Origin: an uncultured Desulfatitalea sp.
GTDB taxonomy: Bacteria; Desulfobacterota; Desulfobacteria; Desulfobacterales; Desulfosarcinaceae
DNA length: 64,000 nt
NCBI GenBank assembly: GCA_963668675.2
Contig: CAXXMB010000002.1
Location: 2,726,154-2,790,153 of the forward strand
Direction: 5' to 3'
Shown in pieces: positions 49,461 to 58,930 of this stretch (the first letter of the stretch is position 1; every line of letters starts with the position of its first letter). Under the pieces are notes generated by a model. The model was not told where the DNA came from, searched no databases, and worked only from the letters and a program-made list of their open reading frames with translations. The translations under genes were made by a program, and so were the position numbers.

Positions 49461-49832
49461 TTACTCTATCCAACTGAGCAGCACCGTCCCGAAGATGATG
49501 CCGATGATGCCAAACAGCCGATGCGTCTGTTCGGAAACTTGATCAAAGTACCAGTCCAGTATCCGGGTGTAGAGCTCCTGCGGGTTGGTGTAGGCCAAAA
49601 CCGCTTCGCCAAAGGCCACAAGACCGACCAGCCTCAACACCCATGGATAGGTGGTGACCGAAGCGCACAGGAAGAAGAGGAGTCCAATAACCGCGGCGAC
49701 GGCCGAGAGATAATTGAGGGGGTATTTCCGGGTCAGGCCTTTGAGCGTATCGACGGTGGCCGTGGTGTAGAGGATGAGACAGGAACATATCGCGATGTAC
49801 CCAAAACCAAGCAGGTAGGCGATCACTTTCAT
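49461..49832 (-). CDS. Small hypothetical integral membrane protein (about 4 TM)
   Basis: GGAGGAAA RBS and four hydrophobic helices. Confidence 0.55.
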   Translation of the reverse strand: MKVIAYLLGFGYIAICSCLILYTTATVDTLKGLTRKYPLNYLSAVAAVIGLLFFLCASVTTYPWVLRLVGLVAFGEAVLAYTNPQELYTRILDWYFDQVSEQTHRLFGIIGIIFGTVLLSWIE

Positions 49833-50016
49833 GGTTTCCTCCGACTGTTTTGGTGTGTGTCAATGGGACGGGTCTGCCGAGAGATTTTTTAATAGCAGAC
49901 ATATCAATAAAAGCAAGCCCGGGGATATAGAAAAACGGGTGATATGCAGGAAGGGGGAAGGCAGGTCACCAGACCGGGGTTGCCTCCCATAAGGTATGCC
50001 CCATCTGGCATAGCGC

Positions 50017-50175
50017 CTACTCCTGATACTCCAAGGCCCCGATATCAGGCCTTCCAACAATCCGATTGCCGTAAAAATCTGAGTTTCTGCCGGAGACGAT
50101 CATTCCGTTGTTTTTTGCCGCACTTTGGGAGTGGATGCGGAAGTCGTCATACGCGGCATCCATGAAACGAGGGTT
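50017..50175 (-). pseudogene. Remnant of the C-terminus of a parallel-beta-helix protein
   Basis: NPRFMDAAYDDFRIHSQSAAKNNG..DFYGNRIVGRPDIGALEYQE parallels the C-terminus of 24229..25728 (FVDPDYFDFHLRADA..DHDGIIRPQGAGIDLGCYE). The upstream frames are broken. Confidence 0.35.
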
Positions 50176-50551
50176 CTGGGGAGAGGGCTCTCTGCTTCCC
50201 GTCCGGTTTCGTTGTGGTGGTCTTCCCGATCTGCCATGCGATAACTCTGGTTTGAGATGTAGTGAATCACCTGATCGGGATCGTCCTGGAAGTAGAGAAG
50301 GAAGGGTGCTCATGGCATCCTGGGAGGAGAGCATCATTTTTGTATTTGCTGAGAGAAAGAGTGCAAAATTTTCACATCGAGCCCGGGAAATGGTTCGCAT
50401 CCGCTTCAGTGTCATTACTTAAAACCATAAGAAATTTTTAGTAATGCAATAAAATATTAATTTTCCCTATTGACATGACGAAATTGCATTTTAATTTCTT
50501 GCCAAATAGAGCCAAAACCGAATGGGCCAATATTTAAAAGGAGGTGTTACA

Positions 50552-51010
50552 ATGATTTACCGCAGAATTTACAATACCCCGTCTGTGAGCTTTCGTAACG
50601 CTTTCGAACAGCTTGACAGAATGAATCGTCAGTTTGAACAGCTTTTTGGTGAGGATCCCAGAGGCGGTCGCGGCCTGCTTGGAGCTGGCGTTTTTCCCCA
50701 AATCAATCTGACCGAAGACGCAGACAAGTTTTATGTCAGAGCTGAGCTGCCGGGCGTGAAGACCGATGACATCGAGATGCAGGCCACTTCGAAAAATCTC
50801 TCCATTTCAGGCGAACGAAAGATCGAAGCGGAAGGGGAAGGGGTGCGCTACCACCGCCGTGAACGTGAAGCTGGTAAGTTTTCCAGAATTATTGCCATGC
50901 CGACTGAGATTGATCCGGACCGCATCGAGGCAAGAATGCAAGACGGTATTTTGACCATTCACATTCCGAAAGCGGATGCGGTCAAACCGCGCCAGATTAC
51001 CATCAATTAA
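50552..51010 (+). CDS. Hsp20/alpha-crystallin small heat-shock protein
   Basis: ACD pattern INLTEDADKFYVRAELPGVKTDDIEM..FSRIIAMP..DGILTIHIPK. AAAGGAGG RBS at ATG 50552. Confidence 0.9.
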   Translation: MIYRRIYNTPSVSFRNAFEQLDRMNRQFEQLFGEDPRGGRGLLGAGVFPQINLTEDADKFYVRAELPGVKTDDIEMQATSKNLSISGERKIEAEGEGVRYHRREREAGKFSRIIAMPTEIDPDRIEARMQDGILTIHIPKADAVKPRQITIN

Positions 51011-51037
51011 CAGACGTGATGACCAGGAGGTGATGTC

Positions 51038-51448
51038 ATGTTTGGTAAAGACTCAAAAGAACTCAAGGTAAGAGAGAAGCAAGAGGTAAGCGCCACAGCA
51101 GAACAGACCAAGCCAGGACTGCTCTTTACGCCTTCGGTTGATATTTTCGAAAATGACAGTTCACTTGTTTTGCTCGCAGATATGCCAGGGGTGAACGCCA
51201 AAGCCCTTAACATTGATTTGCGGGACAACACTCTTACCATCGAAGGTGAGGTGGCGCCTTTCGAGGGGGCAAATGAGAAAGACATTCTAATCGAATATGA
51301 GGTGGGTAAGTACTACCGGCAGTTTTCCCTTTCAGAAGTGATTGACCAGGAGAAAATCGATGCCCAATTGAAAGATGGTGTGTTGCGACTCACCCTGCCA
51401 AAGGTGGAGAAGGCTGCACCGCGAACCATTGCCGTCCAAGCTGGTTAA
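51038..51448 (+). CDS. Hsp20/alpha-crystallin small heat-shock protein (second copy)
   Basis: VDIFENDSSLVLLADMPGV..YRQFSL..DGVLRLTLPK. CAGGAGG RBS. Confidence 0.9.
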   Translation: MFGKDSKELKVREKQEVSATAEQTKPGLLFTPSVDIFENDSSLVLLADMPGVNAKALNIDLRDNTLTIEGEVAPFEGANEKDILIEYEVGKYYRQFSLSEVIDQEKIDAQLKDGVLRLTLPKVEKAAPRTIAVQAG

Positions 51449-51706
51449 CCGGTTCAGGACCGGTCTCTGAAAAGGTATCTTGCTCAGGACCGGTCCGAAC
51501 AGCCATAGATTTATCTGCGAACGCCGGTTGTTGGCTGCATGATATCATAATCTATCAAAAATGGGTTGGTCTCGTAGTGAATACAGTGGTCGCTCGGGGG
51601 GCAAACCATGAAGGAAAATTACTATATGAAAGCTGAAATGAGACGCACCCTTAATCTCGGCCAATAGATATCACGAAAAACAGGCTTGAGCTTGGTAAGG
51701 CCTGAC

Positions 51707-52507
51707 TCATCTTCCGTATAAATACTTTCCGATCCGCGTTACGCGTTCCATCTCCTCTTCGGTCAGCGGGCCCTGCTCCAGTATGTTAAGGTTCTCCCCC
51801 ATCTGTTCCATGGTTTTAGCGCCCATCATGCATATATCCACGGCCGGATGGGAGAGCACGAAACGGTAGCATTCGGCGGCGGTGAGGGGTGGGGTGCCGG
51901 GGGGCATTTTTTTGGGGTTGAGCAGTTTGCGCCAGTCGGTAGCGGTGAAACTGACGATGCCGGGACGGTTCGGGGTGTCGAGCAGTTGGGGAAAGGTTTC
52001 GGTCTCGGCACCCCGGTGGGCGGCGTTGTACCGCACGTGGAAAAGATCGAACAGATCCTCCCCGGCCAGTTGGGCAAACAGCTTGCGGTTGTGGCTGGTC
52101 AGTCCTATCGAACGGACCAAGCCCTTCTCCTTGAGTGCCAGGGCGCCATCGATGACGCTCTGGGAGGGGCGTTTGGGGAAGTATCCGAGCACCAGGACGT
52201 CGGCGTAGTCGAGGTGTGCGGCGTGAAGTCCTTTGGTGAAAAAGTGTTCGCTGAGCCAGCGGTTGTGGGCGTAGGTGAGCATGGCCACCACCAGTCGGTC
52301 ACGCTTCCCCGCCCTGGCGATGTTGCGGATGGCGCTGCCCATGGGTCTGGAGCGGCCTCTGATAAAAGTGCCCCAGGTGAAGTAGTTGCAGCCGCGTTCG
52401 AAGGCCTGTTCGTAAGCGGCGGCCGGTGCACCGAAACTCGATGAGATACCCAGACGGCCGACCTCGAGGCCGGAGCGGCCGAGGATGGTTTTTAGGGTAA
52501 AGGTCAT
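51707..52507 (-). CDS. Aldo/keto reductase
   Basis: LGRSGLEVGRLGISSSFG, NYFTWG.. . ATG 52507 chosen; the longer ORF start was rejected. Confidence 0.8.
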   Translation of the reverse strand: MTFTLKTILGRSGLEVGRLGISSSFGAPAAAYEQAFERGCNYFTWGTFIRGRSRPMGSAIRNIARAGKRDRLVVAMLTYAHNRWLSEHFFTKGLHAAHLDYADVLVLGYFPKRPSQSVIDGALALKEKGLVRSIGLTSHNRKLFAQLAGEDLFDLFHVRYNAAHRGAETETFPQLLDTPNRPGIVSFTATDWRKLLNPKKMPPGTPPLTAAECYRFVLSHPAVDICMMGAKTMEQMGENLNILEQGPLTEEEMERVTRIGKYLYGR

Positions 52508-52733
52508 GGGGGCTCCGCATTTGGTTGGTTGGCTGATCAATCCATCCATTCGAGAATACACCCAATGCGCTAAAAAGGCCAACAGACAAATCGTGGTTCC
52601 CCTGCGATTGGCATGCATCATGCCGTAGTATCGGCGTACCCGTTACCATTGGCAGTGTGTTATCAGGTTGCTTCGTATTTTTGCCAAATCGGATCCTATT
52701 CCCGCCCCCAATTGCCTTTGGTTGGCCAAGCCA

Positions 52734-53069
52734 CTAACAACCACAGCAAACGTTATTCTGGGGAAAGCCGGCGGCCAGGTGATAATCGGATTCCGGATCA
52801 CGTCCGGGGTGATGAAGGTTGGCCTGCTTCATTTCCAGTTTAACATTGGCACATTCAGCCTTCGCGCCGGCCGGGTCCAACGGGATGCCCGATGCGTCAA
52901 AACCCAGATCGTGAAGAAGGTGTTCGCCCAGTTTCAACATCTCCCGGCGAGCCGTCCGGGCTGCCCTTTTTGCTTTGAATGCGTCGATGGCGCCTTTAAG
53001 CCCGGCTGCCAAGGTGTGTGGGAGATACTCCTCTTTTTGGTGCAACAGTTTGATCGTGTCTCTTCTCAT
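52734..53069 (-). CDS. DUF1127-like small protein with a C-terminal extension running through a dispersed repeat
   Basis: GGAGG RBS at ATG 53069. ARREMLKLGEHLLHDLGFD resembles DUF1127. Divergent from a LysR gene, which is the usual context. Confidence 0.5.
   Translation of the reverse strand: MRRDTIKLLHQKEEYLPHTLAAGLKGAIDAFKAKRAARTARREMLKLGEHLLHDLGFDASGIPLDPAGAKAECANVKLEMKQANLHHPGRDPESDYHLAAGFPQNNVCCGC
52787..52823 (+). repeat. Dispersed hairpin repeat, copy 2
   Basis: CGGATTCCGGATCACGTCCGGGGTGATGAAGGTTGGCC. Matches the reverse complement of 62554..62593 at 26 of the 35 positions I aligned by eye. Confidence 0.5.
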
Positions 53070-53140
53070 TTGGTCACCTCCGTGTTGACTTTGAGAAAAA
53101 GATAAACCATGGTAAGACATAAGGGAAATGAATAGATTTG

Positions 53141-53160
53141 ATATAAAACATAAGTTATAT
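53141..53160. promoter_or_regulatory. Candidate LysR-type binding palindrome
   Basis: ATATAA-N8-TTATAT in the DUF1127/LysR divergent region. Confidence 0.3.
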
Positions 53161-53183
53161 TGATGTTGTTGCGGAGGACCTTT

Positions 53184-54047
53184 ATGGAATTACCGACCGA
53201 TCTACTGCGTACTTTTGTTGCGGCTGCCGATGCCGAGAGCTACACCTCTGCAGCGGCCATGGTTCATCGCACCCAATCGGCCGTCAGCATGCAGATGAAG
53301 CGGCTTGAAGAGGGGATGGGGCAGCCCCTGTTCGAGAGAAACGGCCGTGCCATGCGGTTGACCTCCCAAGGGGTGACGCTGCTTTGGTATGCGCGTCGTA
53401 TCCTGAAGCTCAACGATGAGGCCGTTGCGGCGGTGGCACGTCCGGAGCTGTCGGGCAGTGTCCGTCTGGGGGCGCCCGAGGACTATGCGGAGCGGTTGCT
53501 TCCGCGTGTTTTGGCGCGTTTCGCCGAAACCTATCCGCAGGTGCAGGTGGACGTGGTTTGTGAACCGGGGGCCCGATTACTGGCGGCGCTGGACAACAGT
53601 GAGCTGGATCTGATGGTGCACACCAACTGTGAGGTGCCGCTGCGCGGAGAGACGATCTACCGCGAACAGGTGATATGGGTCACTTCAAACCGGCATCTGG
53701 TCCACGAACAGGACCCCCTCCCCATCGCGGTCTATCATGAAGGCTGCATTTTTCGCGAATGGGCGCTGCGATCCCTGGAGGGGGCGGGACGGAGCTACCG
53801 CATAGCCTACACCAGCTTGGGCATTGCGGGCATTCTGGCAGCGGTCAGGGGAGGATTGGCAGTGGCGCCAGTGGGGCGCAGCACCCTGGCGGACGGTTTG
53901 CGTATACTGGGCCCGGCCGATGGCTTTCCGGAGTTGCCTACGGCGGTCGTCACGCTGATCAAATCCCGCGGTACGCCGTCACCGGCGATGGCATCGCTGG
54001 CCGACCATGTCTCAGAGAGTTTTCGTGAGATGGACGAGCGGTGTTAG
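53184..54047 (+). CDS. LysR-family transcriptional regulator
   Basis: HTH LRTFVAAADAESYTSAAAMVHRTQSAVSMQMKRLE. GGAGG RBS at ATG 53184. Confidence 0.9.
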   Translation: MELPTDLLRTFVAAADAESYTSAAAMVHRTQSAVSMQMKRLEEGMGQPLFERNGRAMRLTSQGVTLLWYARRILKLNDEAVAAVARPELSGSVRLGAPEDYAERLLPRVLARFAETYPQVQVDVVCEPGARLLAALDNSELDLMVHTNCEVPLRGETIYREQVIWVTSNRHLVHEQDPLPIAVYHEGCIFREWALRSLEGAGRSYRIAYTSLGIAGILAAVRGGLAVAPVGRSTLADGLRILGPADGFPELPTAVVTLIKSRGTPSPAMASLADHVSESFREMDERC

Positions 54048-54060
54048 GGGCGCCCTCCTC

Positions 54061-54123
54061 CAGAAGCCGTTCACTGTGCAGGGATTGGCCGCGAAAGTGC
54101 GCGAGACTCTGACAAGAGATTGA
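54061..54123 (+). pseudogene. Orphan 3-prime fragment encoding the C-terminal end of a receiver domain
   Basis: Translates as QKPFTVQGLAAKVRETLTRD-stop. Compare EKPFTVQGLATKVREALTS at the end of 54437..57082. Confidence 0.4.
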
Positions 54124-54436
54124 TTTAAAAGCTGTCTTGTATTCCTTTCGGTTTTTGGTGTATAAAAACAGCTATTGCTTTTTACCCGAATCTGAACCTC
54201 CCCTGAACGAATTTTTGCGCCCCGATGGTCACCCATTATACAGAAACCGCGCACGGTGCGTTAATATGCAGTTTCCGGATGCTGCTCTCTTTGCAACCCC
54301 AGTTGGCGTTCGGACAGAAACGGATCAGGCGTTCACCTCGAAGCGTTCGGTTCCAGGCATAGATCCCCACCGGGGATAGCGTGGTTGGACCGGCAAGCAC
54401 AATCCCCTGAACGCGAACCTCGAACCTGGGGGTAAT

Positions 54437-57082
54437 ATGCCTGAAAAGCCGACATACCAAGAATTGGAGCATCGCCTGGCCGAACTGCAGGCGGAGCTCA
54501 AGGCCATTCGGGGTAAGCAGACCGTAAAATCCCGCTGGATGGCTCCCATACTTGAGGATTCGGGTTTAAATCTGTTGTTTGCCATCATCAACAATGCCCA
54601 AAATGTCATCTATGTAAAAGATGTCGACGGTCGATTTATTCTGGCAAACCGGCAGCTATGTGACATCCTGGGGCTCCCGGCGAGCAAGGTGCTGGGGAAG
54701 ACCCCTGTGGAGTTGTTCTCCAACAACCTGGCCGCAAGAACGATGGAACATGACAGGCAGATTATCCGATCCAAATCGGCCAAAACCTTTGGTGAGAAGG
54801 TTGAACTCAACGATGGGGTGCATGAATACATCGCCATGAAATTTCCGATCTTCGGTGACCAAGGCGACCTGGTAGCGGTCGGTGGGATCGCCACCGACAT
54901 TACAGACCATGTGCGTGCCGAAGAGAACTACCGCCAAAGTGAGGAGAAGTACCGCACCCTCGTAGAGAATGCCGGAGAGGCGATATTTATTGCCCAGCAG
55001 GGGATGCTCAAGTTCGTCAACAAGAAGACCGAGTCGCTCAGCGGGTATACGAACGAGGAGCTGATTTTCAAACCTTTCCAAGAGTTGATCCATGAAGACG
55101 ATAGAGCCCTGGTGCTGGGCCATCACTTCAAACGGCTTCAAGGCCTCAAGATGCCACCCCGCTATTCGTTCAGGATCATCGCCCGGTCCGGCGAGGTGAG
55201 GTGGGTTGAGTTGAATGCGGTGCTGGTCGACTGGCAGGGAGAGCCGGCCTCGCTCAATTTTTTGCATGATATCACGGGCCGTAAAAGGGCTGAGGAGGCC
55301 TTGGAGAAGCGCGTATTGGCTTTGACCATGCCGCTGGACGACTCGGAGAGCATCAAGTTTGAGGACCTGTTCAACCTGGAAGATATCCAACGCCTTCAGG
55401 ATGAGTTTGCGGCAGCAACTGGCGTGGCGTCGATCATCACCCACACCGATGGCACACCCATTACCGAATCGAGCAACTTCTGCCACCTGTGCCGCGACAT
55501 CATTCGCAAGACGGAAAAGGGGTGCTCCAATTGCTACAGATCCGATGCATTGATCGGGCGCATGTCTTCCGAGGGCCCAACGATCCAGCAGTGTATGAGT
55601 GGGGGGCTATGGGATGCCGGCGCGGCGATTTCGGTGGGTGGCAGGCACATTGCCAATTGGCTGATCGGACAGGTGCGCGACGAAACCCAGACCGAGGAGA
55701 GTATTCGGGTCTATGCCAGGGAGATCGGCGCTGATGAAGATGAGGCTGCGAAAGCCTTTCGGAAAGTGCCGGGAATGTCCCAGGCGCAATTCGGCCGCGT
55801 GGCCCAGGCGCTCTTTACCCTGGCCAATCAGTTGTCCGCCACAGCCTATCAAAACGTGCAGCAGGCGCGATTTATCAGCGACCGTAAAAGGGCCGAAAAA
55901 GAGAAGGATCGGATAGAGGCCCAGTACCGGCAATCGCAGAAGGTGGAGGCCATCGGTCGCCTGGCCGGTGGTGTGGCGCATGATCTCAACAACCTGCTGA
56001 CGCCTATCATCGGCTATGGTGAGCTGCTGTCGGGGGAATTCAGTCAGGGAGACCTGCGGCGGGAGTCCATCGACCAGATATTGCAGGCCGGTTACGGTGC
56101 GCGTGACCTGGTGCGCCAGCTTTTGGCGTTCAGTCGCAAGCAAAAGCTCAAATACCAACCTCTGAACCTGAACAAGACGATTCGGGGTTTCCAAAAACTG
56201 CTCCGGCGAACGGTGCGGGAAGACATCGAATTGAGCATTATCATGTCGCCGGATATCCAGACCATTCGAGGAGACATCGGCCAGATCGAACAGGTGATCA
56301 TGAACCTCTTTGTCAATGCTCAGCAAGCCATGCCCAACGGCGGTAAATTGACCATCGAGACAGCCATGGCCGAACTCGACGAGGCCTATGCCGCGGATCA
56401 TCCACACACCCAGGTCGGACAATACGTCATGCTGGCAGTTAGCGATAATGGCCTGGGCATGGATGAGGAGACCCAGGAGCATATCTTCGAACCCTTCTTC
56501 TCCACCAAAGGCGAACAAGGGACCGGGCTGGGGTTGGCCACGGTTTACGGTATCGTCAAACAGCACGGCGGCCATATCTGGTTATACAGCGAGATGGGCA
56601 AGGGCACCATTTTTAAAGTTTATCTGCCTGTTTCGGAAGAGATGCCGATCGAAACCCACAGCGAAAAAGAGATCGCCGTCGACATGAAAGGCACCGAAAC
56701 CATCCTGTTGGTGGAGGACAACGCACAGGTGCGCCGCCTCGCCAGTGTAGTCCTCAGGCGTCAGGGCTATAAGATGCTGATCGCAGAGCATGGTGACAAG
56801 GCACTGCGTCTTTTGAGAAATCATAAGGGCAAGGTCGATCTTCTGCTGACCGATGTGGTCATGCCCGATATGAACGGCAAGGAGCTGTGGACCAAGGTGG
56901 AGAAGATATGCCCGCACATAAGGGTGCTTTATATGTCCGGCTATACCGATGACATCATTGCCCAGCGCGGGGTGCTGGATGAAAGCGCCCGTTTTATCGA
57001 AAAGCCATTTACCGTCCAGGGGCTCGCCACCAAAGTCCGGGAGGCCCTCACCTCGAAACAGACAGGCGCAAGCCTCTTCTGA
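54437..57082 (+). CDS. Hybrid sensor histidine kinase: PAS, PAS, PocR-like Cys-containing sensory domain, HisKA, HATPase, REC
   Basis: PAS blocks. CHLCRDIIRKTEKGCSNCYRSD..GGLWDAG (PocR-like). H-box GGVAHDLNNLL, G-boxes DNGLGMD and GTGLGLATV, REC DLLLTDVVMPDMNG. Confidence 0.9.
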   Translation: MPEKPTYQELEHRLAELQAELKAIRGKQTVKSRWMAPILEDSGLNLLFAIINNAQNVIYVKDVDGRFILANRQLCDILGLPASKVLGKTPVELFSNNLAARTMEHDRQIIRSKSAKTFGEKVELNDGVHEYIAMKFPIFGDQGDLVAVGGIATDITDHVRAEENYRQSEEKYRTLVENAGEAIFIAQQGMLKFVNKKTESLSGYTNEELIFKPFQELIHEDDRALVLGHHFKRLQGLKMPPRYSFRIIARSGEVRWVELNAVLVDWQGEPASLNFLHDITGRKRAEEALEKRVLALTMPLDDSESIKFEDLFNLEDIQRLQDEFAAATGVASIITHTDGTPITESSNFCHLCRDIIRKTEKGCSNCYRSDALIGRMSSEGPTIQQCMSGGLWDAGAAISVGGRHIANWLIGQVRDETQTEESIRVYAREIGADEDEAAKAFRKVPGMSQAQFGRVAQALFTLANQLSATAYQNVQQARFISDRKRAEKEKDRIEAQYRQSQKVEAIGRLAGGVAHDLNNLLTPIIGYGELLSGEFSQGDLRRESIDQILQAGYGARDLVRQLLAFSRKQKLKYQPLNLNKTIRGFQKLLRRTVREDIELSIIMSPDIQTIRGDIGQIEQVIMNLFVNAQQAMPNGGKLTIETAMAELDEAYAADHPHTQVGQYVMLAVSDNGLGMDEETQEHIFEPFFSTKGEQGTGLGLATVYGIVKQHGGHIWLYSEMGKGTIFKVYLPVSEEMPIETHSEKEIAVDMKGTETILLVEDNAQVRRLASVVLRRQGYKMLIAEHGDKALRLLRNHKGKVDLLLTDVVMPDMNGKELWTKVEKICPHIRVLYMSGYTDDIIAQRGVLDESARFIEKPFTVQGLATKVREALTSKQTGASLF

Positions 57083-57134
57083 AACAATTCCATCACACCC
57101 ACTTTGCCTTCCAGAGAAAGGCCATAAAAGGAAG

Positions 57135-57163
57135 GGGCAAGATCCATGATCTGGATCTTGCCC
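57135..57163 (+). terminator. Perfect 12-bp hairpin after the kinase gene
   Basis: GGGCAAGATCCA-TGATC-TGGATCTTGCCC. No U-tract. Confidence 0.5.
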
Positions 57164-57553
57164 GGCGGAGGAGGGAATGAAAGGGTTTGGTCTTCTGCTC
57201 TTGGCTTCACGGTTAACGTAACACCTCAAAATGACCACAACGTGACGCCAACATTACCAGTTTGTAATCTTGGCGCCGCCTTCGTGAAAAAGGGGGGATC
57301 CTTTTGCCTGCCCCTGGCTTGGCACGTCATCCCGTCTGCAAAGTGTGCCGAAGCAGTGTTGTTACAGAGGACGCTCAAGCAAGGTGTGAGCGGCCTTACG
57401 CAATTGTCGTGACCCACATTACATCTTCGCTAGCGGGCGTCATCTATTGATGGAAGCATGGCGATCCAGGCTTCGGGCGCACACCACTTGTGACGCCGCT
57501 GCGCCCCATTTCCATCCATTGCTCCATCAACAAACAATCAAAAGGGGGCCCGC

Positions 57554-58789
57554 ATGAAACGTTTCAAGAGACTGTTTCCGGGGGTGATCGCTCTGGCGAT
57601 CGGCCTGATGGGATGCTACGAAGAGAAAGCGAAGATCGTGGATGACTACTGGTTTGGCGGAAGTAACAAGTACAATGGCTGGGCCATCGCCATTGACGGT
57701 AATTTCACGGCGATCGGAAATCCGCAAGGCTACAATGTATATGACTTTAAAACCGGTTCCGTCTACATTGCCGAAAGAAAAAATGGCAACTGGCTGGCCA
57801 ACCCGATCAAAATTGCGCCCACGGACATGGACAACGATGACTTTTTTGGTTTTTCGGTTGCCATCGATGCCGACCGGTTGATCGTGGGGGCCAATCATCG
57901 CCAGGAGGCCCGTATCTACCAAAGATACACGGCGCTGGGCAATAACAATGCGTGGTATCAGCAGGACACACTGACCGGCTCCGATGGGGGCAATGGCGAC
58001 AGCTTCGGTGTCTCCGTGGACATCAGTGGTGATTGGGCCATTGTCGGTGCGCCCTACGATGACAACGCCAGAGGTACGGATGCCGGTGCGGTCTACTTTT
58101 TTCAATGGACCGGCAGCGATTGGGTCCAGCGCGTCAAACGGCTGGCCGCGGATGGTGCCGGAGGCGACATCTTCGGCTGGTCGGTGGCGATCCACGGCGA
58201 TTGGGCTGTGGTCGGGGCCCCTTATGAGGACAACCAGAGGGGAGGCAACGCCGGAAGTATCTACGTGTTCCAGCGCAGCGGCGTGAGTTGGTACCAAAAT
58301 TCCAAACACATCGCATCGGATGGCGGGGCCGGCGACTACCTGGGAACATCGGTTGCCATCTGGGGCAACTATATCCTGGCAGGGGCCTACTACGACGACA
58401 ATTCCAACGGCACCAATGCCGGGTCGGCCTATTTCTATGTGCGCGGCAGCGGGAGCTTCAGCGAGAAGGCAAAGCTGCTGGCCGACGACGGTGCCGGCGG
58501 CGATCACTTCGGCAATTCAGTCGCCCTCACGGACTACTTCGGTGTTGTCGGCGCACCTTACAATGACCACAGCTCAGGCACCAATGCCGGCGCCGCTTAT
58601 GTTTACTACCGATCAGGAGATGAATTGCTATACGTGGAAAAACGAACCGCATCCGATGGCGCCGCAGGAGATCTCTTCGGCTATCGTACCGCCATCAGCG
58701 GATACTACGCTGCTATCAGCGCACTCTATGACGACAACACCGTGGGCACGGATGCCGGCGCCACCTACCTCTTCGAGCGCGAAGAGTAG
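57554..58789 (+). CDS. Lipoprotein, seven-bladed FG-GAP-like beta-propeller
   Basis: Lipobox AIGLMGC. Seven repeats of GDxFGxSVAIxGDWAxVGAPxDDNxxGTNAGxxYxF. Confidence 0.75.
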   Translation: MKRFKRLFPGVIALAIGLMGCYEEKAKIVDDYWFGGSNKYNGWAIAIDGNFTAIGNPQGYNVYDFKTGSVYIAERKNGNWLANPIKIAPTDMDNDDFFGFSVAIDADRLIVGANHRQEARIYQRYTALGNNNAWYQQDTLTGSDGGNGDSFGVSVDISGDWAIVGAPYDDNARGTDAGAVYFFQWTGSDWVQRVKRLAADGAGGDIFGWSVAIHGDWAVVGAPYEDNQRGGNAGSIYVFQRSGVSWYQNSKHIASDGGAGDYLGTSVAIWGNYILAGAYYDDNSNGTNAGSAYFYVRGSGSFSEKAKLLADDGAGGDHFGNSVALTDYFGVVGAPYNDHSSGTNAGAAYVYYRSGDELLYVEKRTASDGAAGDLFGYRTAISGYYAAISALYDDNTVGTDAGATYLFEREE

Positions 58790-58930
58790 CCCCAAGGGGG
58801 GCATTGTTGACTATCTGTACCAAGCGGAAAGAGACGTCAGCACTATCAACCGTGGCCAAGTCTACCTTTATCTGCTCCTATCCTTATAGCCAGGAATCGG
58901 AAAACGTAGGCTTGGCCCTCCTGTTACGTT

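Noticed and set aside
57527-58507. 326-aa ORF antisense to the FG-GAP propeller gene
   Set aside because: The open frame is a by-product of the repetitive Gly/Asp/Ala codon structure. The plus strand has a lipobox and seven clean repeats.
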